Shown: positions 47,697 through 56,163, counted from the stretch's first letter. The stretch is 64,000 nucleotides of DNA from Limisphaerales bacterium (GCA_025362675.1 JANYFN010000226.1:3835-67834), one strand, 5' to 3'. Numbers and translations: made by a program. Notes: generated by a model from the sequence alone, not told the origin.

Positions 47697-48488
47697 ATGA
47701 ACACCAAACACCTCCTTATCATCGGTTGCCTGACTATGCCGACTCATTGGGCTTGTGCCGATGACGCCAACCCGGCGGCCAATACTGTGCCCGCTCAAGC
47801 AACCCAAGCCGAAACCATAAGTGGTAAAGTCGCCGAAACCATGAGCACGGCAGGCTATACTTATGTCTTGGTGGATACCGGCAGCAAAAAAGTCTGGGCG
47901 GCGGCGGTTGAGTTTCCCATAAAAGTGGGCGATTCCGTTTCGTTTGTGGCGACCGATCCTATGGAAAATTATCATAGCAAATCATTGAACCGCGATTTTG
48001 ATCAGGTCTATTTCACGGGCGGTATTGCTGTCGGCACTGAATCAGGCTCCCCGGCTCTGCCTAAGTTGCCACCGGGACATCCAGCACTACCCGGTAAGAC
48101 AGCTTCCACGCTTCCGCCGGGACATCCGTCAATCACGGGTGAAGTAGTTCCTAAAAAAGTAGAGCTCACCGGTATCAAGAAGGCCGATGGTGGTAAGACC
48201 GTTCAGGAAATTTTCGCCGATCATTCCAAGCTGGTGGGTAAACCCGTCAGCGTGCGTGGCAAAGTTGTGAAATATAACGCCATGATCCTCGGTAAAAACT
48301 GGCTGCATATCCAGGACGGTTCGGGCACTGTGGAAAATCGCGACAATGACCTAACGGTCACCACCAGCACCCCCGCTAAATTGGGCGACACTGTGCTCGT
48401 GACCGGCAGCGTGTCGCTGAACAAAGACTTCGGAGCGAATTACAAATACGCTGTCATCCTTGATGACGCGAAGGTGGTCGTCGAATGA
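47697..48488 (+). CDS. Secreted protein with two OB-like beta-barrel halves joined by a linker with two LPPGHP repeats
   Basis: 263 aa with a signal peptide. Shows an internal duplication (SGKVAETM..YTYVLVD..IKVGDSVSF versus RGKVVKYN..WLHIQDGSG..KLGDTVLVTG). The linker reads LPPGHPALPGKTASTLPPGHPSITG. The fold assignment is tentative. Confidence 0.6.
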   Translation: MNTKHLLIIGCLTMPTHWACADDANPAANTVPAQATQAETISGKVAETMSTAGYTYVLVDTGSKKVWAAAVEFPIKVGDSVSFVATDPMENYHSKSLNRDFDQVYFTGGIAVGTESGSPALPKLPPGHPALPGKTASTLPPGHPSITGEVVPKKVELTGIKKADGGKTVQEIFADHSKLVGKPVSVRGKVVKYNAMILGKNWLHIQDGSGTVENRDNDLTVTTSTPAKLGDTVLVTGSVSLNKDFGANYKYAVILDDAKVVVE

Positions 48489-48769
48489 ATCAAACCGATT
48501 TATTACCAGGTCCGCCGTTGAAATGATTCTCCAAACATAGATCGGCTGTCTATTGGTAGCGGCAGCTGGAAGAAATTGGCCGCTAGTCGCTCGGCAAGGT
48601 CCGCTGGAAATTTTTATTGGATCCGATAATAATTCCGCTGTCGTGCAGATTCCTTACCGGTGTGAAGTAATAGTTTGCCAAGAAAATAAAATTGAACCCT
48701 CGTATCAACAGTGGCGGATCGACCTGTGATATATGGCTAAGGTTGCTTACTGCTAATTTGTTAGAACCA

Positions 48770-49855
48770 TCAACGGCTATACCACTCGCGCGACTGGTTG
48801 CAGACCTTACACACAGAGAGCATCACCGGAACTTCCACCAGCACGCCCACGACGCACGCGAGCGCCGCGCCCGAGCTGGGACCGAACAGCGTGATGGCTA
48901 CCGCCACCGCCAGTTCAAAAAAATTGCTGGCACCGATCAGAGCACCCGGTGCCGCCACATTATGCGGCACTTTTAATTTTCGCATCATCAGATAAGTGAG
49001 GCTGGAATTGAAATAGACCTGAATCAAAATCGGCACTGCTAATAGGATGACGGTAAACCATTTGCTCGTCAGGTTGTCGGCTTGGAACGCGAAGATCAGC
49101 GCCAGCGTGAGTAGTAGCGCCCACATCATCATAGACTGGAATTTCGGCAGGAAGTTCTTTTCGAACCATGCTTTTCCACGCGACCTAAGCAGCAATGTCC
49201 GCGTCAGCCAGCCAGCCGTCAGCGGCACGACGATGAACACCACGACGCTCGTGATCAAAACTTTCGGCGGAACGACAACGTTGGCTACGCCGCAGAGAAA
49301 CATCACGATGGGCGCGAATAGCACGAGCATGATGAGATCGTTTACCGCCACTTGCACCAACGTATAAACGGGATCGCCGTCGGTCAGGTAAGACCAGACA
49401 AACACCATCGCCGTGCAGGGCGCAGCGGCCAGAATGATCAGACCGGCGGTATAATTTTTTGCCGCCTCCGCATCAATCCACTGCGAAAATAAGTGCTGCA
49501 TGAAAATCCACCCAAGGAAAGCCATGCTGAACGGCTTCACCAGCCAATTCACAAACAGCGTCACCATCAAGCCCTTTGGCCGTTTCGCAATACCGCCGAT
49601 CGAGTTGAAATCCACCTTGAGCATCATCGGATAAATCATCAGCCACAGCAAAATGCCAATCGGCACGTTCACCTGTGAGCCTCGCCCAAATTCCAGTTTG
49701 CTCAACGTGGACGTAAGTGCGGGTAACAATTTGCCGAAGGCGACACCCACGACCATACAAACCAGAACTCAGACCGTGAGATAGCGCTCAAAGAGAGCGA
49801 GACGTTTCGGCTGAACGGCGGGCACGGTAGTTGTAGAGATAGTTTGATCAGTCAT
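48770..49855 (-). pseudogene. acr3: ACR3-family arsenite efflux permease with an in-frame TGA at codon 29
   Basis: The 328-aa ORF (48770..49756) is clearly ACR3 (IYPMMLKVDF, FVNWLVKPF, APCTAMV). An ATG at 49855, 5 nt after the arsC stop, opens the same frame and encodes ...LALFERYLTV-TGA-VLVCMVVGV. The TGA (49769..49771) sits where ACR3 proteins have the conserved Trp of ERYLT-W. Confidence 0.7.
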
Positions 49856-49860
49856 GGCCG

Positions 49861-50322
49861 CTATTTCTTTGGTTTCGTTTGGTCGCGTCGCCCCGCCGCG
49901 TAAGCTTCAAACACCATCTTGATCTGGTCGCGCGCTTGCCGGAACACTGCCAACTTTTCATTGTCTGTGCCGATGGCGTGTGCCGGATCATAAAAGCCCC
50001 AATGATGACGATTCAATTGGCCGGGAAAAATCGGGCAGGCTTGATCCGCGTTGCCGCAGACCGTAATGACCGTCTCGACGGGCTGGTTCAGGAAATCATT
50101 CATGTGCTTGGAATGATGGTCAGAAATATCAATACCGATTTCCTTCATGACTCGTATGGCGAGCGGATGCACATAGCCTGCCGGACTTGAACCAGCACTT
50201 TGCACGTTGAGAATATCGCCCGCGGCCGCCTGCAGAATTCCCTCAGCCAGATGGCTGCGACAGGAATTGCCCGTGCAGAGAATGAGGACGGTCGGGTTCA
50301 CTTTTTGCCTTGGCGTTTGCAT
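49861..50322 (-). CDS. arsC: Arsenate reductase, LMW-PTP (thioredoxin-coupled) type
   Basis: 153 aa. Has the P-loop LCTGNSCRSHLAEG and the downstream Cys pair region TVCGNADQACP. It overlaps the arsR 3-prime end. Confidence 0.85.
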   Translation of the reverse strand: MQTPRQKVNPTVLILCTGNSCRSHLAEGILQAAAGDILNVQSAGSSPAGYVHPLAIRVMKEIGIDISDHHSKHMNDFLNQPVETVITVCGNADQACPIFPGQLNRHHWGFYDPAHAIGTDNEKLAVFRQARDQIKMVFEAYAAGRRDQTKPKK

Positions 50323-50663
50323 ATCTCAGACAAATTGGTTCTCTGAATTTTTTTGATTTGTTTGGTGTCGGCGAAAATCTGCGGTTCGTTCTCATTCGCT
50401 TTGGTCACCCAGACGAGAGTAGCCCGCACCGCGCTGCCTGCTTCTCGCCCAGGTAGGCGGTAATACACCCATCGGTCAGTCTTTCGAGATTGCACCAGCC
50501 CGGCTTGAAAAAGAATAGATAGGTGTTTAGAGACCGTGGAGGGAGCCATGCCGAACAGTTCGGTGATCTGACAGACGCATAGTTCCCCGCCGCGCAAGGC
50601 CATCAAAATCCGCACGCGGGTCGCATCCGCCAGCGATTTTGTGATACTCATGAACTCACGCAT
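50298..50663 (-). CDS. arsR: ArsR/SmtB-family metalloregulator
   Basis: 121 aa (an alternative ATG lies at 50651). Has the HTH LADATRVRILMAL with the metal-site motif ELCVCQI. It is the first gene of arsR-arsC-acr3. Confidence 0.85.
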   Translation of the reverse strand: MREFMSITKSLADATRVRILMALRGGELCVCQITELFGMAPSTVSKHLSILFQAGLVQSRKTDRWVYYRLPGREAGSAVRATLVWVTKANENEPQIFADTKQIKKIQRTNLSEICKRQGKK

Positions 50664-51222
50664 ATTTATTTGCTTGTTTCGTCATACAGCGAAATAACCA
50701 TAGTTCAGCGTGACCTCACCGTCAAGCGAGCAGGCGAGGCACTCCGGCTAACGATCCCAAATCAGCAGCGGTTGGAGTTAAAACGTTTCGCCGCGCACCC
50801 AACAATGCCATCCTCGAGCATGTGCCGACGGATGCGGGCAAACCTGACAACATCTTCGCAGGGACTCGAGTGGTTTAGCGCCTGGAAGTGAGCGGCCCGA
50901 ATCGCTCCTTAGTTATGGCGCTAATGAGCTGCCAGAATTCCCATGCGATACGCTACAACCTTAAAAAATTTACTTATTCGATCGGGGCTAAATTCTTTTC
51001 GAGGTTTCAAGAAAGCACCAAATGAGCTTGCCACACTCGTAGTTGCAGGCATAATTTGTTTGCGATTGGGCGTGGCAAACCGAATTTGCTATCGGAGTTT
51101 TTTCGATCGTTAAAGTGTAGTTTCGGCTTGAAATAACCCTCATGCCAAAATAAACAATAGCGTAATCAAAACACAATTTGCGAAATTAAAAAAACGCAAA
51201 TCCGCTCAATCAAACTTTGGTT

Positions 51223-51300
51223 CGGGGCGTAGCGTAGTCTGGCTAGCGCGCTTGTTTCGGGTACAAGAGGTCGTGAGTTCGAATCTCACCGCCCCGACCA
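51223..51300 (+). tRNA. tRNA-Pro (anticodon CGG)
   Basis: A manual cloverleaf fits. Acceptor stem cggggcg/cgccccg, D stem gcgt/gcgc, anticodon stem cttgt/acaag with loop ttCGGgt (G37), T arm gtgag-ttcgaat-ctcac, discriminator A, and an encoded CCA. Confidence 0.9.
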
Positions 51301-51387
51301 TTTTTCCTCGGGTTTCTGGGAGTTCAAGGGTTTCTAGCCAGTTTCTAGCCGTCGGCGCGTTAAGCGTTCCCGCTAGAGAAAGAAACC

Positions 51388-51720
51388 ATGAAGATGCCCA
51401 CCTTTCCCCACGTCGTCAAAGAAGACGGCGTTTCTGCCCGTATCCGCAAGCTCTCACAAGCCAAAAACGGCAAAGATTATTCCTTGTTTGTTGTAGATTA
51501 CATTTTGCTCGGCAAAAGAAAACGCGAGGCTCGCTCTGATTTCGCCGAAGCGCGGCAAGTTGCCTTGAATGCCTGCCGCAAGATCGCAAGCGGCCATTGG
51601 TTGAGGCGGCGACCACCATCTCGGCCGGCTTATTTTACCGGCTGGCCTGAGCCTCTGTTTGACGACGGGCAGGATCATCGCGCCGCCCTATTTTCCCGGT
51701 GGAATTCCGATCGGCGATGA
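51388..51720 (+). pseudogene. Possible remnant of a tyrosine-integrase N-terminus
   Basis: The first ~70 aa (VSARIRKLSQAKNGKDYSLFVVDYILLGKRKREARSDFAEARQVALNACRKIASG) resemble the N-terminal arm-binding region I associate with PVC/Acidobacteria integrases. The remainder is Arg/Pro-rich and no catalytic domain follows. It lies 88 nt downstream of the tRNA 3-prime end. Confidence 0.3.
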
Positions 51721-51925
51721 AGCAGGAAATTTCAGCGAAGTCTGGTAGCCATTTGTGTCAAATGGATTTGTGATTCGCTGCCAGGCAATCGTTTCACGGC
51801 GGAGTATTTAGCCTTGGTGACCTGCTCATGAATGAGTGGAAAAGCATCATCGAGTTCACGTCAACCAAGCCGAGTCATGTCCGAGGTTTTCAATGAAGAA
51901 TCCCTTTGGACGAGTATTAAAATGC

Positions 51926-53365
51926 TTACGTTTCCGAAATGGCATCGGCGGAATCAGGATGCAACCCAAGCTGTTTGAGTTTTTCGCGCAAGGTAAAGCG
52001 GGACAAGCCCAGCCAGCGGGCGGCTTTGGCTTGATTACCTTCGGCCAGCGTGATGGCTTGCGTCAAAATTTCGCGTTCGGCTTCGGCCAGCATCTGAGTA
52101 TGGGCGTCGGCCAGTCCGCCCTGCTGCGCCCGCGCCAGCAAATCACTGGCAAAGGCGGTGAAGGAATTTCCAGCCGGTGCCGTCTCCGCGTTGCGGGCGG
52201 CCAGGGTTTGGCGAACGGCGTCGGCGTTGATGGAGAGTCCGCGCGCACCGAGCAAGAGACGCCGGGTAATGTTCTCTAATTCACGGACGTTGCCCGGCCA
52301 AGCATCGGCTTGCAACCCGGCCAAAGCATCCGTGGTAATTGTTGGATTTTCCACGCCGAAGTCGCTGGCATATTTACGTAGAAAATGTTGCACCAACACG
52401 GGAATGTCTTCTCGCCGCTCGCGCAGTGGCGGGAGTTGGAGGCCCACCACGTTGAGACGATGGAACAAGTCCTCGCGGAATTTCCCGTCGCGAATCATCG
52501 CTTCGAGATTGCGATGCGTGGCGGCGAGGACACGCACGTCCACGGAAATCGACTCTGCCCCACCGACGCGTTGGAAAGTTTGTTGCTGGAGCACGCGCAA
52601 CAGTTTCACCTGCGTGTTGAGCGGCAGATCGCCGATTTCGTCCAAGAACAGCGTGCCTTTGTTCGCTTGTTCAAAACGTCCGATGCGCCGCTGATCCGCG
52701 CCGGTGAACGCCCCGCGTTCATGACCAAACAGTTCGCTCTCCAAAAGATTTTCGGGAATGGCCGCGCAATTGATCGCGATGAAAGGTGCTTTGGCGCGCG
52801 GGCTGTGCTGGTAAATCGCGCGGGCAATCAATTCTTTTCCCGTGCCGGTTTCGCCGCGAATCAGCACGGTCACCGGCTTGGCAGCGACGCGTCCGATTTC
52901 TTTGCACACGTCCTGCAACGCGCGACTGGTGCCGACGAGGGCGGTGCGGCTCTCCACTGGCGCGTCGGCCAAAGTGACGGGTTCACGCATGAGGCGGCTG
53001 GCGTCCACGGCCCGTTGCAGCACGCGGAGAAGTTCCGGCATCTCGAAGGGCTTTTGCAGATAATCGTAGGCGCCGAGCTTGGTCGCTTCGATGGCCGTTT
53101 CAATCGTGCCGTGCGCCGTCATCAGCACGACGGGCAGGCGCGGCTGAAGGGCGTGAAGTTGTTTCACGAGCTCCAAACCGCCGAGCCCGGGCAGACGCAG
53201 ATCCGTCAACACCACGTCACATTCGTCTTTGTTGGCGCGGCGCAGTCCCTCATCGCCGCGATGGCAAACCGTGACTTTGAAACCGTCGTCCTTGAGCACG
53301 TCGCACAAGTTTGTGGCGAGGCTGGTATCATCTTCGATGAGCAGAATGTGGGCGGCTTTGGGCAT
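51926..53365 (-). CDS. Sigma-54-dependent response regulator (NtrC/ZraR-type enhancer-binding protein)
   Basis: 479 aa. Has a receiver domain (ILLIEDD...VVLTDLRLPG), an AAA+ domain with GETGTGKE and the GAFTGA motif (ERGAFTGA), and a C-terminal Fis-type HTH. Confidence 0.92.
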   Translation of the reverse strand: MPKAAHILLIEDDTSLATNLCDVLKDDGFKVTVCHRGDEGLRRANKDECDVVLTDLRLPGLGGLELVKQLHALQPRLPVVLMTAHGTIETAIEATKLGAYDYLQKPFEMPELLRVLQRAVDASRLMREPVTLADAPVESRTALVGTSRALQDVCKEIGRVAAKPVTVLIRGETGTGKELIARAIYQHSPRAKAPFIAINCAAIPENLLESELFGHERGAFTGADQRRIGRFEQANKGTLFLDEIGDLPLNTQVKLLRVLQQQTFQRVGGAESISVDVRVLAATHRNLEAMIRDGKFREDLFHRLNVVGLQLPPLRERREDIPVLVQHFLRKYASDFGVENPTITTDALAGLQADAWPGNVRELENITRRLLLGARGLSINADAVRQTLAARNAETAPAGNSFTAFASDLLARAQQGGLADAHTQMLAEAEREILTQAITLAEGNQAKAARWLGLSRFTLREKLKQLGLHPDSADAISET

Positions 53366-53461
53366 GAGGTTGGTTAACGCGGCGAAATAAATTCGAGTAA
53401 AATCCTGCGAACCGTTCGGCTCGCTTGCACAAAAACAACGGGCGGACTAACTGCCGTCGGC

Positions 53462-54874
53462 CTAATGGATCGCACTGGTTTTAGCACTGCCTGCAATGTC
53501 GCCAATTTCACGCGGCAAGACAACGCCGAAGGTGGTGCCGTGGCCGGTCTGCGTTTGATACTGGAGCGCGCCGCCATGCTTTTCGACAATGCGCGCGGCG
53601 ATCGGCAGACCGAGACCGGTGCCGGTTTCCTTCGTGCTGAAGAACGGATCGAACAGACGCTTCTCTGCTTCCGGTGAAATGCCCTTGCCCGTATCAATCA
53701 CTTCCAGAATCACGGCGTCGGTCTCGCGCCCGTTAAGCGGGGTGCGTGTGGCGCGGGCGCAGAGCGTTATTTTACCTTCGCCGTCAATCGCATCTGCACC
53801 GTTGCGAATGAGATTGATCAGCACCTGTTTCAAATGGCCGCTATCGGCGCGGATGAATAAATCCGTGCTGGATTCAATGCCCAATTTCACGGCGCGACTC
53901 TCCAAGTTGGGCGACATCAATCCTTGAATTTCGCGGAGCAATGTATCGACCGCGAGGGGTTCCATCTTGGGGTCGGCGGGCCGCGCAAAACTCAGCACGT
54001 CTTGCACGATGCGTTCGAGGCGGGAAATCTCCGAACTTATGATGTCCGTGTCTTTGCGCGCGGCCGGCACGGACTGGAGATGTTTTTCCAAAGTGTAGAG
54101 GCGCGCTTTGAGCGACGTGAGCGGGTTGCGGATTTCGTGGGCGATGCCGGCGGCGAGCGTGCCGAGCGTGGCCAGTTTTTCCTGTCTTTCGAGCAAGTCC
54201 TGACTGTGAACCAGCTTGGTTCGCAGCGGCGCAATCATGTCCCGGTAGATCACCCAACCCAACGCCGCGACCAGCGCCAGCAAAAACACGATACTCAGCA
54301 TGAGAATTTTCCGAAGGCTGTCGAGCGACGCGGTGGCATCGGCCAGAAACCCAGACTGCGCTGCGCGGTGTGCGTCGGACAAGCCCCGCACGAGTTCGCG
54401 CATCCGTTGCGCTTGGACATTGAAGTCGTCGAGTTGCGCGAGTTGCCCTGAACTCACCAAAGCGGGTTGGGTATTGGAATGCACAGCGTGGGCAGCACTT
54501 AAATAATCATCATAGGCGACGTTGATTTTCTTGAATATCTGACGCTCAGTTTCCGTGGTGAGAATCGTATGCGGATTCAAGCTGACATCATGGTCATCAA
54601 TCCAATGATTGAGGTCGTCGCTGGCCTTCTCGAACTGCGCCCATTGCGGCGCGTCTCGCACCAAAGTGTAGTGCAGCATGGAATCATTCAGACTCTGTAA
54701 GCCACGGCTGACTTCGCGCGCGAGTTGGAAACTTTCGAGCTGGGAACTGGTCAGCCGGGTCTCAAGCTGCCGCACGTGTTGCCACGCAGAGGAGAGCGCG
54801 TAGATCATTCCGCTCGCCACCACGATCAACGCGGCAATCAAAATCCAGAGACGGAAACCAAACGGAGATTTCAT
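53462..54874 (-). CDS. Membrane sensor histidine kinase
   Basis: 470 aa. Two TM segments flank a ~150-aa periplasmic helical domain. Has the H-box AAGIAHEIRNPL, an N-box LINLIRNGADA, and G-boxes DTGKGI / GTGLGL. Confidence 0.9.
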   Translation of the reverse strand: MKSPFGFRLWILIAALIVVASGMIYALSSAWQHVRQLETRLTSSQLESFQLAREVSRGLQSLNDSMLHYTLVRDAPQWAQFEKASDDLNHWIDDHDVSLNPHTILTTETERQIFKKINVAYDDYLSAAHAVHSNTQPALVSSGQLAQLDDFNVQAQRMRELVRGLSDAHRAAQSGFLADATASLDSLRKILMLSIVFLLALVAALGWVIYRDMIAPLRTKLVHSQDLLERQEKLATLGTLAAGIAHEIRNPLTSLKARLYTLEKHLQSVPAARKDTDIISSEISRLERIVQDVLSFARPADPKMEPLAVDTLLREIQGLMSPNLESRAVKLGIESSTDLFIRADSGHLKQVLINLIRNGADAIDGEGKITLCARATRTPLNGRETDAVILEVIDTGKGISPEAEKRLFDPFFSTKETGTGLGLPIAARIVEKHGGALQYQTQTGHGTTFGVVLPREIGDIAGSAKTSAIH

Positions 54875-54927
54875 AATTATTTCAGCGCGCTGTGTTTGGG
54901 TTGGACCAACGCTTCGATGGCCGACGA

Positions 54928-54943
54928 TGCAAGTGCCGTGCCG
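54928..54943 (-). promoter_or_regulatory. Sigma-54 (-24/-12) promoter candidate for the kinase/EBP operon
   Basis: The minus strand reads CGGCACGGCACTTGCA, against consensus TGGCACG-N4-TTGCW. GG/GC spacing is exact with one mismatch. It lies about 55 nt upstream of the kinase ATG (54874). Confidence 0.55.
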
Positions 54944-55015
54944 TGAAGTGTGACACCGTTAGACCATTACCGCACGTTGAATATGCGCGCTGCGCTGACC
55001 GCCCGGCATTTCCTC

Positions 55016-55049
55016 GCCGGATAAAATGGGTCATCCATTTATCCCCGGC
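55016..55049. promoter_or_regulatory. Imperfect palindrome, candidate enhancer (UAS) between divergent sigma-54 promoters
   Basis: Sequence gccGGATAAAATGG-gtcat-CCATTTATCCccggc. Its centre is about 90 bp from the minus-strand -24 element and about 100 bp from the plus-strand -24 element. Confidence 0.4.
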
Positions 55050-55130
55050 ATGGTAAGTCATTTTCCCATGCACCAGCTCCGGCACCCGCGATCGATTCTC
55101 AAACCCCTATGAATCAACCTTTGTGACCGC

Positions 55131-55146
55131 TGGCATGGCGCGTGCA
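55131..55146 (+). promoter_or_regulatory. Sigma-54 (-24/-12) promoter candidate for the receiver-protein genes
   Basis: TGGCATGGCGCGTGCA against TGGCACG-N4-TTGCW. GG and GC are at the correct spacing with two mismatches. It lies about 55 nt upstream of ATG 55200. Confidence 0.5.
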
Positions 55147-55199
55147 TGAATCTCTCTAAGATCGTAGAAAACAAGTGCATTAAGAAACCAACAAACATT

Positions 55200-56099
55200 A
55201 TGAAACTAAATATTCACACCCTGTCTATTGCACCAAGAATCCTGGTCGCGGAAGACAATCAAACCATCCGCAACCTCATGTTTCGGGCCTTGGCCAGCGA
55301 GGGCTTCGAAGTGACCATGGTTAAGGATGGCGAGGAGGCGTGGGATGAATTGCAGCACCAACCCTATGATCTGCTGGTCACCGATAACGAAATGCCGCGA
55401 CTCGCCGGACTGAATCTCATCGAGCGAACGCGCCACGCGGGCCTGAGTCTGCCGGTTATCCTGGCTTCCGGCTCGGTTTCCGCTGAGATCATTCAGGATT
55501 GCCCGCAACTAAAAATCGCAGCGGTCGTGGTAAAACCATTTAACATCTGGGAATTTCTCGACACCGTGCGCCTGACCCTTGGGATTTTTGTGACCGAGGC
55601 GACTGTTCCCGAAGAAGTTTATGCCGACTCGACTACGCCGCCGACCTCATACGCAAGAACATCTGCCCCGCTGCACAATCATGTTTTGATTGCCGACGAT
55701 GACGCGGTAGTGCGTGGCAGTCTGGCTGCCGTGTTGCAATCCGAGGGCTACGAGGTGGAGGAAGCGAGCAACGGTATCGAAGCTGTCACCCGCGCCATCC
55801 GCCACAAACCGGACTTAGTCTTGCTCGATCTCAATATGCCGCACGCCGATGGCTGGACGGCTTTTAGTCAATTGGAACAGGTCAAACCGCTCCTGCCAGT
55901 CATTATCATCACCGCCCGGCCCAATCAATACTTGGAGGCCGTGCGCGTGGGGGTGGATGCCTTCATGGAAAAACCGTTGAACATCTCGGTTTTGGTCAAC
56001 GCAGTGAAACGGCTGACCACTGAGGATGAGCATCGCCACGACAATCGCATCACCAAACACACGTTTATCACCCAGTTGCTTGGCAGCACGGTTTCGTGA
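55200..56099 (+). CDS. Tandem double-receiver (REC-REC) response regulator without an output domain
   Basis: The ORF opens at 55146, but that would overlap the promoter candidate. ATG 55200 gives MKLNIHT.. followed by RILVAEDNQ. Both REC domains have acceptor Asp contexts (LLVTDNEMP; LVLLDLNMP). Confidence 0.8.
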   Translation: MKLNIHTLSIAPRILVAEDNQTIRNLMFRALASEGFEVTMVKDGEEAWDELQHQPYDLLVTDNEMPRLAGLNLIERTRHAGLSLPVILASGSVSAEIIQDCPQLKIAAVVVKPFNIWEFLDTVRLTLGIFVTEATVPEEVYADSTTPPTSYARTSAPLHNHVLIADDDAVVRGSLAAVLQSEGYEVEEASNGIEAVTRAIRHKPDLVLLDLNMPHADGWTAFSQLEQVKPLLPVIIITARPNQYLEAVRVGVDAFMEKPLNISVLVNAVKRLTTEDEHRHDNRITKHTFITQLLGSTVS

Positions 56100-56163
56100 C
56101 GGAAGAAACCTTGGAGTTACAAAACTGGAGTTTGCTCCGTTTAAAAAATCACCTCCCATAACG

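Noticed and set aside
49769-49771. The TGA in acr3 read as selenocysteine or Trp recoding.
   Set aside because: No SECIS-like hairpin is evident downstream. The conserved residue is Trp, not Cys. TGA terminates other genes in the window. A nonsense mutation or a sequencing error is more parsimonious.
50670-51176. ORFs 50670..50891(+) and 50988..51176(-) between arsR and the tRNA.
   Set aside because: The first lies in the arsR promoter region with an odd composition. The second lies in an AT-rich stretch and translates to a Cys/Tyr/Asn-rich peptide. Neither has supporting features.
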